Positions 38,722 through 48,491 are shown, counted from the first letter of the stretch. The stretch: DNA of 64,000 bases from an uncultured Candidatus Saccharibacteria bacterium (GCA_964652615.1 CAZZAT010000001.1:359250-423249), one strand, 5' to 3'. A program made the numbers and translations. The notes: a model not told the origin generated them from the letters alone.

Positions 38722-39404
38722 GTTATTCTTGTCCCCACAAAAGGTTCTCCTTTGAGATAGTGAACAAGCTCTTCAAGGTTAGCACCGCTTATAATAGCGA
38801 CTTCAATACCCATCCGTTCTGCCTCCTTAGCTGCTATAGGATCGAAAGGAGATGAAAGACCAGGTTCCCATTTTTCTGGTAGGAGCGTTCTGAAATCTGC
38901 CCACGATATGTATTCTATTTTCTTCGCATCAGGATGTTGTTTTGGGTCTTTATCATATACGTACGCAATATTTGAAAGATTGATAATCTTTTTTGCGCCA
39001 AACACTTCTGCAACTTTTACTGCATCATAGTCGCTTGAGTGTCCTGGACGTTCAGAGCCAACCATAAGTATGGGATGTGTCTCGTGAAGGGGAGCATCAA
39101 ACCCCACTGCTATCTCGGGTACTGCTTTTTCTCCAAAAAGGATACGTAGATATTGTGCATGCATGTTGTTGATGTTGATGCCCACCCAATCAACATCTTC
39201 TTTTGAAAGACCTGCTATTTCTTTGCCAGCTGCTTGATAGCGGCGGCACGTCTTTCCGCCTCCAGTAGCTATGGCAAAAGAATAGCCCTTGTCCACAAAA
39301 GAGAGGACAAGGGTGCGAAAGGCCGAGAGAAACGCTACATCCACATCGTCTGGAGCGATGAGGGAACCACCGAGCGAAATGACTACGCGTTCACTCGTGT
39401 TCAT
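38718..39404 (-). CDS. pyrH: UMP kinase, archaeal-type
   Basis: 'VVISLGGSLI', 'ATGGGK', 'PGHSSDYDA' (cf. archaeal PGHTTD), 'AYVYDKDPKQHPDAKKI' and 'FDPIAAK' match the archaeal short UMPK family. Confidence 0.75.
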   Translation of the reverse strand: MNTSERVVISLGGSLIAPDDVDVAFLSAFRTLVLSFVDKGYSFAIATGGGKTCRRYQAAGKEIAGLSKEDVDWVGININNMHAQYLRILFGEKAVPEIAVGFDAPLHETHPILMVGSERPGHSSDYDAVKVAEVFGAKKIINLSNIAYVYDKDPKQHPDAKKIEYISWADFRTLLPEKWEPGLSSPFDPIAAKEAERMGIEVAIISGANLEELVHYLKGEPFVGTRIT

Positions 39405-39536
39405 GGATTACTCGTGACAGGTCATAGGCGAAGGTTTGACGGCTGAAGCCCATTGTACGCCCCTTCAAGAGGAGCGCAACGTTGACAAATAGAAGAAGGG
39501 CGCGCGGGTGCGCCGCCTTCTTCTTTTTGTCAATCT

Positions 39537-39565
39537 AAAGGGGGACGCGTGATGCGTCCCCCTTC
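39537..39565. terminator. perfect palindrome (aagggggacgcgtgatgcgtccccctt) after the minus-strand gene 39573-39923
   Basis: 13-bp stem; a second imperfect hairpin with a T-run lies at 39495-39530. Confidence 0.45.
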
Positions 39566-39572
39566 GTTCCTA

Positions 39573-39923
39573 TCACGCGGCCAGCGCGTGATAAGGTTGG
39601 CGCCCACGGATGGTCAATCCGTCGGCGAACACGTGTCCGAGGTTAACTTCGCCAAAGGAGTACTCTCCAGCGTCGCTTGGCTCGTCTTCGCGTTCGATTC
39701 GGGCGATTTCCTTGCGTGCATTCCATTCGTCTTGCGCTTGTTGGAAACACTTGCGCGCCTCCTCTTCCGCGATCATCTCGCGGACGATTTGACTCGTTTG
39801 GCGGCCGTTGTTGCGGCCGACATTGAGCACAGACATTGTCGCTGCGCCTGCCTTGTAGAGGCGGAGCAGACGACCTTTCAAGCGACGACGACGGTTGGGG
39901 TAGTAGAACGAAATCTCTTCCAT
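39573..39923 (-). CDS. hypothetical basic/acidic small protein (116 aa)
   Basis: Start at Met preceded by AAGGAG (6-nt spacing); 'MEEISFYYPNRRRRLKGRLLRLYKAG'. Confidence 0.45.
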   Translation of the reverse strand: MEEISFYYPNRRRRLKGRLLRLYKAGAATMSVLNVGRNNGRQTSQIVREMIAEEEARKCFQQAQDEWNARKEIARIEREDEPSDAGEYSFGEVNLGHVFADGLTIRGRQPYHALAA

Positions 39924-40030
39924 GTTCACTCTCCTTGACCTGTTAGCAATAATATCACAATAAAACATACATGTCAATAACCTAACCAAAGAGCCTCAAA
40001 AAGCCCATATATACAGGCTCCTTTGACAGC

Positions 40031-40059
40031 TTGACGCCCCCTCAAGACTCCTATAGGAT
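40031..40059 (+). promoter_or_regulatory. candidate 16S promoter TTGACG-17-TAGGAT (tandem TTGACA 8 nt upstream)
   Basis: Hexamer spacing. Confidence 0.3.
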
Positions 40060-40894
40060 AGCTCTATTGCCCCCATGCGGGGGCGGGTATTTTTCGCTCG
40101 TTGAAAACTAAATAGTGCAATCACAAAAATAGTAAAGGTAAGGAAGCAAGAGTGAATTCTTGTGTTCCGCCTATTCTTAATGAGAGTTTGATCCTAGCTC
40201 AGGATGAACGCTGGCGACGTGGATAAGGCATGCAAGTCAAGGGGGCCTTCGGGCAACCGGCAGACGAGGTAGTAACACGTACGAACGCACCCCAAAGTCA
40301 GGAATAGCCATCCGAAAGGATGGGTAATACTTGATATCTCGCAAGAGGAAAGATTTATCGCTTTGGGAGCGGCGTGCGCATTATCAGCTTGTTGGTGAGG
40401 TAACGGCTCACCAAGGCTACGACGATTAGGGGAGCTGAGAGGCTGACCCCCACCGAGGGAACTGAGAGACGGTCCCTACGCCTACGGGCGGCCGCAGTCA
40501 AGAACCTTCCACAATGGGCGAAAGCCTGATGGAGCGACGTCGCGTGATGGACGAAGTGCTTCGGCACGTAAACATCTTTTATGAGGGACGAAATTATTGA
40601 CGGTACCTCATGAATAAGGGGCTCCTAACTCTGTGCCAGCAGGAGCGGTAATACAGAGGCCCCAAGCATTATCCGGAATCACTGGGCGTAAAGGGTGTCG
40701 AGGCGGTCATGTTAGTCGTTCGTAAAATCCGTGGGCTCAACCTGCGGACGGCGAGCGAAACGGCATGACTTGAGGTTGGGAGAGGTGCGTGGAACTCACG
40801 GTGTAGGGGTGAAATCCGTTGATATCGTGGGGAACACCAAAGGCGAAGGCAGCGCACTGGCCCAAATCTGACGCTCACACACGAAAGCTAGGGT

Positions 40895-40929
<35 letters not shown>

Positions 40930-41504
40930 CTAAACGTTGCTCGCTCGTTCTGCGGAGTATCGACCCTCTGCGGGACTAAGCTAACGCGGTAAGCGAGCCG
41001 CCTGGGTAGTACGAGCGCAAGCTTAAAACTCAAAGGAATAGACGGGGACTCGCACAAGCAGTGGATCATGTGGCTTAATTCGTCGATAAGCGAAGAACCT
41101 TACCAGGGCTAGAAATGCAGCTGCATCTTCACCGAAAGGAGAAGAGCCTTCGAGGGTGCTGCACAGGTGATGCATGGTTGTCGTCAGTTCGTGGCTTGAG
41201 CTGTTCCCTTCAGTGGGGTAACGAACGCAACCCCCGTTGTCTGTTACTTATGTCAGGCGAGACTGCCCCCTCACGGGGGAGGAAGGTGGGGATGACGCCA
41301 AATCAGCATGTCCCTCTGATGCCCTGGGCCGCACACGTGATACAATGGTTCGTACAGAAGGACGCAAGACCGCAAGGTGGAGCAAATCCCTAAAACGAAC
41401 CCCAGTACGGATAGAGGTCTGCAACCGACCTCTTGAAGCCGGAATTGCTAGTAATCGTGGGTCAGCCATACCACGGTGAATACGTTCTCGAGTCTTGTAC
41501 TCAC

Positions 41505-42340
41505 AAATAAATGCGCCCGGCAGCGCATAGTTCCAAACGGTTAAAATCCGTTCCTTCGTGTTCTAAACGCGAAGCGTAGCTAAAGACAGGTCCAACGCCG
41601 TGAGGCATGGACTGAAGGGTCTGTAGGCAAAATATAGCCGGTACACAGTAAGGCTGCATCGACCCATGGCGGTGAGTATGGGGAAGATGCCTTGAAAGGC
41701 CGTATCGGATGTAGGGAAAGGAAATATGCGTGACCCGGGGAGATCTTGTGGAATATACAGATGTATCCACAAGAAGTCAGCTGCGTCGTAGTACCATGCG
41801 TCAACTTATTTTATATAATGAGATGCATGGGAAGGACAAAACCGACAGTGTCTGAAGAGTATGTAGTTGGTATTACTGACGGTGAAGGATGTTTCTTTGT
41901 AAATATTTCAAAATCATCGGCATACCGAAGCGGATGGCAGGTGCAAATGCACTTCCATCTTAAACTTCGCGAAGAAGATGAAGAAATATTGTGGAAATTA
42001 CGCAATACGCTTGATTGCGGAAACGTGTATTTTCAAAAAGAACAAAGAAAAAATCACACCCAGTGTTACCGCTATACCGTGAGTGCTTTGCGAGATATAC
42101 AGGATAAAATAATCCCGTTCTTCAAGAAGCACCCACTGCAAACTTCTTCAAAGCGAAAAAGTTTCTCAGCGTTTTGTAAGATTGCGACCTTGATACAACA
42201 AGGCGCACATCATACGGAAGAAGGCGTTGAGAAAATTCGAGTTTTGAAGCAAGGAATGAATCAACGACATACTGTTGGACTCGCGTAGTGCGGGAAATCC
42301 GCTCGCTACGTGGGAACGTGAAGTCTGTAACTATCACATT
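41505..42340 (+). mobile_element. 836-nt insertion/intron in 16S at the decoding centre (between E. coli C1399 and C1400), encoding a LAGLIDADG endonuclease
   Basis: Universally conserved 'UGUACACACCGCCCGUCA' is split as 'tgtactcac' ... 'cgcccgtca'. The boundary is ambiguous by a few nt because of a repeated 'tcac', and the insert does not obviously end in G. Confidence 0.55.
41827..42288 (+). CDS. LAGLIDADG homing endonuclease
   Basis: 'YVVGITDGEGCFFVNI' matches LAGLIDADG_1 (LAGFxDGEGCF); alternative start at 41818 (track ORF from 41746). Confidence 0.7.
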   Translation: MGRTKPTVSEEYVVGITDGEGCFFVNISKSSAYRSGWQVQMHFHLKLREEDEEILWKLRNTLDCGNVYFQKEQRKNHTQCYRYTVSALRDIQDKIIPFFKKHPLQTSSKRKSFSAFCKIATLIQQGAHHTEEGVEKIRVLKQGMNQRHTVGLA

Positions 42341-43145
42341 CGCCCGTCAACTCAAGGAAGTTGGGAGTGCCCGAAATCTTCTCTCGAAGAGGACTACGGC
42401 AAGCTCAATGACAGGGAGTAAGTCGTAACAAGGCACGGGTAGCGGAAGCTGCTCGTGGAACATATCCAATCGGAACGAGTTAGCCCGAAAGGCGCTCATC
42501 CGGTCGATTGTCTCGCAAGAGATAGGGAGATAGTAGTTGTCCCTAAACACTACTCGGACGCCAAGATAACGTACCCTTGGTACATGGTTGGGAGCGCTCA
42601 ATTGACGCTCTCAATTGTGGGAATAGGCGGAACACAAGAGCATGCTCGCTTCTCTTTACTTTTTGTAGACAAATAAACATCCCGCAGGTACCCTTATCTG
42701 CGGGATGTTTGCGTATAAAGGACGTGGCGATAGGGGTTTTCACAAAACCCGCTGCGATAAGCCCAAAGGGAGTTGGCGCACGCGTTTGACCTTTGGGATT
42801 TCCGATGGGGCAACCCAGAACTCTTCCTTGAATGCTTGCACAGAAGATGTGTCTAGTGGCGATTAGACACCGCTACTGCAGACATCCGGCCGGCTCGCAC
42901 TGCGAGCCGGCCCTTGTTTATACAGCAACTTCTTGTAATGCAAGCCGCATGACGCATCGTTTCCAGATACGCCGCTTGTTTTTATGTCTCCGCCATTTAT
43001 CAACAGCAGTGGAGGAGAGTTGGATCTTTCGCAGACCCTTCGATTCTCGCGCTCGCGCGTATCCTCTCATTGGATGTCTTTACTATACCCTTTTGAAAGG
43101 AGAGTATGGAAAAGGGTGGGGATTTCTGCTAGTATCGCGAGACAT

Positions 43146-43221
43146 GCACGCTTAGCTCAGTTGGTAGAGCACTCGACTGATACTCGAGCGGTCCTAGGTT
43201 CGAATCCTAGAGCGTGCACCA
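43146..43221 (+). tRNA. tRNA-Ile (anticodon GAT), CCA encoded
   Basis: Manual cloverleaf: acceptor GCACGCT/AGCGTGC, D-arm GCTCAGTTGGTAGAGC, anticodon stem CTCGA/TCGAG with loop CTGATAC, T-arm CTAGG-TTCGAAT-CCTAG, discriminator A, then CCA. Confidence 0.85.
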
Positions 43222-43228
43222 AAATACA

Positions 43229-43261
43229 CACCAGCGCCCTGCAGAGAGCAGGGCGCTGGTG
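43229..43261 (+). terminator. hairpin after tRNA-Ile (caccagcgccctgc-agaga-gcagggcgctggtg)
   Basis: Perfect 14-bp stem; weak T tract. Confidence 0.4.
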
Positions 43262-43275
43262 CTATGCTTTGCCGT

Positions 43276-43761
43276 ATGAGGGATACGATTATCATTGCGG
43301 TTGCCTGTCTTATCGCAATAGCGGGCGGCATCTGGCTCTTTATGTGGGGCAACACAGAACCAAAAGGGACAGCAGTTCCGTTTACCATTCTTGCAGAAGG
43401 ACAAGAGTCGGGTGAAATAACTATGCGTGCAAACTACCGCGTAAAGAGTAGTGCGGAGTTTTCCGAGGCATGGACCTTAGTGTATGGCCCTGATGGGCCC
43501 GCTCTTCCGTCTGTTGATTTTGACAGGTATGAAGTACTTGCACTCTTTGATGGCACCCATGCTTCAGGTGGCTATGGCATAGCGCTTACGGCGATAGAAG
43601 ATACGGAACTTTCTCGCCGCGTCGTTATTACGCATACCGCGCCAAGCGAAGAATGTCTCACTACCTCAGTTATTACGAGTCCGTATCTATTTGCATCTGT
43701 GCCGCGCACCACACTCGCTCTTTCTCGCGAGGAAATCAACAAGACAGTTGTTTGTAGGTAA
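43276..43761 (+). CDS. hypothetical membrane-anchored protein
   Basis: N-terminal TM 'IIIAVACLIAIAGGIWLFMW'; the track ORF start (43264) overlaps the upstream hairpin, so the Met at 43276 is preferred. Confidence 0.4.
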   Translation: MRDTIIIAVACLIAIAGGIWLFMWGNTEPKGTAVPFTILAEGQESGEITMRANYRVKSSAEFSEAWTLVYGPDGPALPSVDFDRYEVLALFDGTHASGGYGIALTAIEDTELSRRVVITHTAPSEECLTTSVITSPYLFASVPRTTLALSREEINKTVVCR

Positions 43762-43775
43762 TTCGTATTTTAAAA

Positions 43776-43810
43776 ATACAAGGCGTGTTGGGAACACGCC
43801 TTGTGCTTAT
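43776..43810. terminator. bidirectional terminator (acaaggcgtgtt-ggga-acacgccttgt)
   Basis: Perfect hairpin between convergent genes. Confidence 0.5.
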
Positions 43811-44259
43811 TTCTCAACCACATTCAATGCACGCACTAGAAAGTATCTCGGCTCCCCAGTTTCTTTGAAGTTTTCTATGTATTCATCAATAACGAAGCCG
43901 TGTTTTAGGAAAAGAGGTAATGTTGGGTTTTCTGGATGAGTGACCAACTCAACTCTTGTAATAGCAGCAAGCTCTTCCATTATTAGACGGAATGCCTCTC
44001 CTCCAACCCCTTTGCCTTGAAAGACAGGATCGACTGCGAGTTTCTTTATATATACTCGCTGAGAGTCCAGAAATTCATATGTTACAAGACCTACAACAAG
44101 TTCATTTTCAAGAATCATATATACTACCGATCGTTGGATTCTTTCTAATACTTCTTGTGGGTCTGTAATAGTTATGTTAATTCTTGAGGCGACTTTCTTT
44201 TCAATCCGAACGTAGTCCTCAACGTTCGCTTCAACGGCTCTTCGGAGGGATATTGTCAT
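43807..44259 (-). CDS. GNAT family N-acetyltransferase
   Basis: 'VYIKKLAVDPVFQGKGVGGEAFRLIMEEL' is the acetyl-CoA binding motif A (Q/RxxGxG/A). Confidence 0.75.
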   Translation of the reverse strand: MTISLRRAVEANVEDYVRIEKKVASRINITITDPQEVLERIQRSVVYMILENELVVGLVTYEFLDSQRVYIKKLAVDPVFQGKGVGGEAFRLIMEELAAITRVELVTHPENPTLPLFLKHGFVIDEYIENFKETGEPRYFLVRALNVVEK

Positions 44260-44378
44260 ACATTTCACTCCTTACTCTCCACATAAATAATAACATAACT
44301 ACTCAATAATGCAATTGCGGTATATATGATATCGTGCTATATTCTGTTTTGGACTAATAAACACAAGAAGGAAGTGTC

Positions 44379-45170
44379 ATGTTCGGATCTCTTGAAGAAT
44401 ATAGAACGAAACGGATTCCTGATTTGAGCACTCTGCGCGAAGCGAAGAAAGGCTACAGACAATGGCCAATAATTATTGATCGAGATCGTATTGCGCATGT
44501 TGATATTCGGAACTTTGGAGTTTCTGGAAAGAATTTCTATCATCGTTCTGACAATCCTCCGTACTACAAGAGCATTCCGGGTTCTATGCCCGAATTGTTC
44601 CTACGAGTGGAAGTTCTCAATCGTCTGTTACAAGTAAATCGACGTATAAAAAATATTGGACTCGAGGTCTACGTGCATGATGCATGGCGGCCACAAGCGA
44701 TACAAACTTACTTTCATGACGTATGGTTTCCAGCGCAAGTTCGAGGCCGATATCCGGAGTGGGCTGAAGATCGTGTCATGGAAGAGGTCGGCAATTATTG
44801 GGCTCACGGTGCGGCGAGTGAAGAAGATCTCGATCCGAGTTCGCCGCCTCCGCACTCAACCGGTGCGGCCCTTGATCTCACGCTACGTGTTGTTGGTTGT
44901 GAGCATCTCTGGATGGGGACTATCTTTGATGATGTTACCAATCGTGCATGGCCAGATGCTCTTGAAGACAGGGATTTAGGTTTTTCGTTTTCCGACGACG
45001 AAGCAAGGAAGAATCGAAGACTTCTATATTGGCTTATGGTCGAGGCAGGGTTCCAAGTCAATCCGACTGAATGGTGGCATTTTTCTTACGGTGACCAGAT
45101 GTGGGCGAAACTCACTTCTTTCACCGAAGGGAACCATCAGGATGCGTTTTATTCTACTTTGCGACCGTAG
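44379..45170 (+). CDS. D-Ala-D-Ala dipeptidase (peptidase M15D, VanX/DdpX-like)
   Basis: 'SPPPHSTGAALDLTL' (the SxHxxGxAxD zinc site) and 'EWWHFSYGD' match VanX-family motifs. Confidence 0.7.
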   Translation: MFGSLEEYRTKRIPDLSTLREAKKGYRQWPIIIDRDRIAHVDIRNFGVSGKNFYHRSDNPPYYKSIPGSMPELFLRVEVLNRLLQVNRRIKNIGLEVYVHDAWRPQAIQTYFHDVWFPAQVRGRYPEWAEDRVMEEVGNYWAHGAASEEDLDPSSPPPHSTGAALDLTLRVVGCEHLWMGTIFDDVTNRAWPDALEDRDLGFSFSDDEARKNRRLLYWLMVEAGFQVNPTEWWHFSYGDQMWAKLTSFTEGNHQDAFYSTLRP

Positions 45171-45185
45171 GTGACGCACCACAAT

Positions 45186-45216
45186 AAAGGAGAAGAGCAC
45201 AAACTCTTCTCCTTTT
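45186..45216 (+). terminator. intrinsic terminator (aaaggagaagag-cacaaa-ctcttctccttttc)
   Basis: Perfect hairpin with a T-run. Confidence 0.55.
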
Positions 45217-45260
45217 CTACGCCTGTTCTCTGTTCGGAAAGTTTGCGCTAGGATATTTAA

Positions 45261-46580
45261 ATGGATGCATCCGCATATTTTCGTGGAAAGAAAGTCACGC
45301 TCATGGGACTCGGTCTCTTGGGACGGGGGGTGGGGGACGCTAGGTATCTTGCCTCATGTGGTGCAGATCTTATTGTTACCGATCTTAAGGACGAACAAGC
45401 ACTCTCCTCTTCACTTAAGGAGCTTAAATCTTTCACGAACATACGCTATACGCTCGGACGGCATAAGTTTGAAGACTTCAAGGGTCGTGATCTTGTAATA
45501 AAAGCCGCGGGAGTCCCCCTCGACTCTCCTTACCTAAAAGAGGCAAGAAGTGAAGGAACATCAGTACGCATGAGTTCAGACCTGTTCGCGGGGCTTTCAG
45601 GACTTCCTATAACAGGAATTACTGGTACGCGCGGGAAATCTACAGTAACACACATGATTGCTCATATATACCAAAGAGCAGGGAAGAAGGTGGTATTAGG
45701 AGGGAATGTGCGAGGTGTCTCAACGCTTGCTCTTCTCCCAAGCATTGAAGGGGGTGAGGTGGCGGTCCTAGAACTTGATTCTTGGCAATGCCAAGGCTTT
45801 GGGGAGGCGGGGATAAGCCCTGCAGTTGCAGTTTTCACCAATTTGATGCCAGACCATATGAATTATTACCATAACGATATGGACACGTATTTATTCGACA
45901 AGGCGCAAATTTTCCTTCATCAGAAGAAGGGAGATACTCTTATTACAGGTAAGGCGATAGCAGAGAAATTACACAGAGTCTTTGGGGAACGTATTCCTAA
46001 TGCACCCGTGGTGCCAGAAGCTCTTCCTGAAGACTGGGCGCTTTTGGTGCGCGGTGCGCATAACCGTGAGAACGCAGCGCTCGCGCGCGGAGCAGCTCTT
46101 TCTCTTGGTATTTCAGACGAAATCATACGGGATGCACTTAGCTCATTCAAGGGTGTGTCGGGACGCCTTCAGCTGTTACGTAAGGTTCGCGGTGTGGAAA
46201 TATACAATGACACTACTGCTACGACGCCGGAAGCCACGCTTGCTGCTCTACAGGCTCTTGATGAGGGAGGAGACAAGCACATAATCCTTATTGCAGGAGG
46301 TGCAGATAAGGGTCTTTCTATGGACGCGCTTATCGCAGAAGTAAAAAAGCGAACGAAGCGAGTCTTGCTTCTCTCTGGAAGTGGTACAGAGCGCATTCTT
46401 GCAGAACTTCCAGATGCATCTGTATACGACTCGCTTTCTCTGGCGTTTGCAGACGCGATGCGTACCGCGTTACCGGGCGATATAGTTATTCTTTCGCCTG
46501 CTTTCGCATCCTTCGGAATGTTTAAAAACGAATATGAGCGCGGCGACCAATTCGATACTCTTGTACAAGCATATGCATGA
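45261..46580 (+). CDS. murD: UDP-N-acetylmuramoylalanine--D-glutamate ligase
   Basis: 'KKVTLMGLGLLGRGVGDARYL' N-terminal Rossmann-like domain and 'ITGITGTRGKSTVTHMIAHI' ATP-binding loop. Confidence 0.9.
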   Translation: MDASAYFRGKKVTLMGLGLLGRGVGDARYLASCGADLIVTDLKDEQALSSSLKELKSFTNIRYTLGRHKFEDFKGRDLVIKAAGVPLDSPYLKEARSEGTSVRMSSDLFAGLSGLPITGITGTRGKSTVTHMIAHIYQRAGKKVVLGGNVRGVSTLALLPSIEGGEVAVLELDSWQCQGFGEAGISPAVAVFTNLMPDHMNYYHNDMDTYLFDKAQIFLHQKKGDTLITGKAIAEKLHRVFGERIPNAPVVPEALPEDWALLVRGAHNRENAALARGAALSLGISDEIIRDALSSFKGVSGRLQLLRKVRGVEIYNDTTATTPEATLAALQALDEGGDKHIILIAGGADKGLSMDALIAEVKKRTKRVLLLSGSGTERILAELPDASVYDSLSLAFADAMRTALPGDIVILSPAFASFGMFKNEYERGDQFDTLVQAYA

Positions 46581-47847
46581 TATACGGCGCGTATATATGG
46601 CTGGTATCGGCGGCATCGGAATGTCGGCGCTCGGACAGCTCTTGAAAGGGCGCGGTGCCGTGGTTTCTGGTTCTGACCGCAATGAAAGCCCAGTAACCAC
46701 ACTACTTGAAACCAAAGATATTCGCGTCACTATCGGGCAGCGGGCGGAGAATGTTCCTTCGGATGCAACGGTTCTCGTATACAGCGCTGCGCTTCCTGAA
46801 GCGCATCCGGAGCGCGCCGCCGCGCGTTCGCTTGGCATACCGGAACTCTCCTATTTTGAAATGCTTGGAGAAGTAGCTGAAGGTATGCGCACTATTGCTG
46901 TTGCAGGCACTCACGGAAAAACAACAACAACAGCGATGCTTGGGAAGTTATTAATTGACACAGGAGCCTCTCCAAATATTGTAGTAGGTTCTTTGGTGAA
47001 GGATTTCACAGGTAACTATGTCGAAGGAACTTCCAACATACTTGTCGTCGAGGCATGCGAATATCAGCGACACTTCCTAAATCTTTCTCCAGAAGTGCTA
47101 ATTGTGACGAACATAGAATACGATCATACCGACTACTTCCAAGATCTTGCCGACGTGCAGGATGCATTTCGTGCGCTTATGGAAAAAACAACAGGAACCC
47201 TTGTCACTGATACAAACAATCCAAATATAGCGCCTCTTCTTGGCGGTCTTAGTGCTTCGGTTACTACCTATATGAACGAACCTCACTACGAGATTCGGTT
47301 GCTGGGCGAATTCAATGCGAACAACGCCCGAGCTGCCGTTGCTGCAGCTCGTGTACTGCTTCCAGAACTTTCTGAAGAGAATATTAAAATGTCACTCTCG
47401 ACTTTTTCGGGGACCTGGCGGAGATTCGAGTACAAAGGTACAACCAGGAAAGGCGCAGAAGTATATGATGATTATGCGCATCATCCCACTGCGGTGCACG
47501 CCACCCTTACTGCACTGCGAAAGCGCGTTTCTGGGAAAGTATTTGCCGTGTTTCATCCGCATCTTTTCAGCCGGACCCGAGATTTGTTCGAGGATTTTGC
47601 GCAGTCTTTTAAAAACGCCGATGCGGTATTCATAGCCCCTATTTATGCTGCGCGCGAAGAAGATAATGGCTCTGTTTCAAGCGAAATGCTTGCGGCACGG
47701 ATACGGGAACAGGGAGTGAATGCCGTCTCCGGCACATTCGAAGAGATCGAGGCAAGAGTTGGTGAAGCTGCTGCTACAGGCGACACTGTTATTACCATGG
47801 GGGCCGGCGATATATATAAAGTTGCTGACGCTTTAGTTTCGAAATAG
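46573..47847 (+). CDS. murC: UDP-N-acetylmuramate--L-alanine ligase
   Basis: 'RRVYMAGIGGIGMSALGQLL' and 'IAVAGTHGKTTTTAMLG'; start overlaps the murD stop by 8 nt. Confidence 0.9.
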   Translation: MHDIRRVYMAGIGGIGMSALGQLLKGRGAVVSGSDRNESPVTTLLETKDIRVTIGQRAENVPSDATVLVYSAALPEAHPERAAARSLGIPELSYFEMLGEVAEGMRTIAVAGTHGKTTTTAMLGKLLIDTGASPNIVVGSLVKDFTGNYVEGTSNILVVEACEYQRHFLNLSPEVLIVTNIEYDHTDYFQDLADVQDAFRALMEKTTGTLVTDTNNPNIAPLLGGLSASVTTYMNEPHYEIRLLGEFNANNARAAVAAARVLLPELSEENIKMSLSTFSGTWRRFEYKGTTRKGAEVYDDYAHHPTAVHATLTALRKRVSGKVFAVFHPHLFSRTRDLFEDFAQSFKNADAVFIAPIYAAREEDNGSVSSEMLAARIREQGVNAVSGTFEEIEARVGEAAATGDTVITMGAGDIYKVADALVSK

Positions 47848-47850
47848 AAG

Positions 47851-47874
47851 GCGGGCGGTCCGTAGACCGCCCGC
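47851..47874. terminator. bidirectional terminator (gcgggcggtc-cgta-gaccgcccgc)
   Basis: Perfect 10-bp GC stem between convergent murC and the minus-strand gene. Confidence 0.55.
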
Positions 47875-47879
47875 AATGG

Positions 47880-48281
47880 CTATACTTCTTTCAACGCAAA
47901 GGCCTTGCCCCATGCGATAATCTCTTTTGCCATACCTGAAAGCTCGAGAGATTTGGTCCGAACCGGATGTACGGTGACTGGTTTCCTGCAAGTACCAAGC
48001 TTCTTTTTCAAGAGAGCGTAGGTTCGAGGAATGTGCCACCACCGTGCGACAACGAACACTTCGTCGTGTCCATCGCGCGCTGATATGAAGCGTACGAACG
48101 CTTCTATTTCACCTATGGTGCGGAATGCGCACCCGTTGGTATCAGCAAAGAGTATCCGGTGCTCTGGTACGCCTGCTTCGCGCAGATACGTTGCCATGAC
48201 TTTAGAACCTGAAACGCCGTCTCGTTTGCGATGTGCCGTTGCAAGGCACACCGTCGCATACGGGAGTTGGCGGGAGAGCAT
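47880..48281 (-). CDS. DUF218/YdcF-like (SanA/ElyC family) protein
   Basis: 'LFADTNGCAFRTIGEIEAF' resembles the DUF218 core. Start at Met 'MLSRQLPYATVCLA'; the track ORF extends to 48380. Confidence 0.45.
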   Translation of the reverse strand: MLSRQLPYATVCLATAHRKRDGVSGSKVMATYLREAGVPEHRILFADTNGCAFRTIGEIEAFVRFISARDGHDEVFVVARWWHIPRTYALLKKKLGTCRKPVTVHPVRTKSLELSGMAKEIIAWGKAFALKEV

Positions 48282-48491
48282 CGCTGCCCGAGAGCAGATA
48301 CGTCTCGATGCGCTTCCTACGCCAGGCTCTGGACCCTTTGAAAGATCAGCAAGCAGCGGAAGAATATACTGGGCCACCAAGCCCTCCTTCGTTTGCTGGG
48401 CACTATTTACCCACGAACATTAGTACACGGATATCTATAAAAAGCAATACTCTGCGTTGCAGAGGTGCTAAGAGGATGGCAGAGTATCTGT

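Noticed and set aside
42433-42816. Possible third 16S insertion separating h45 from a 'CUCUUCCUU' anti-SD-like sequence at about 42818
   Set aside because: The tail immediately after h45 (GGAACAUAUCC) aligns 8/11 with E. coli GGAUCACCUCC. That makes a direct, mutated 3' end the more parsimonious reading, and no intron boundaries fit.
42832-43155. 107-aa ORF in the 16S-tRNA-Ile spacer
   Set aside because: Cys/Arg-rich and overlaps the tRNA-Ile promoter region and the tRNA 5' end; no SD or motif.
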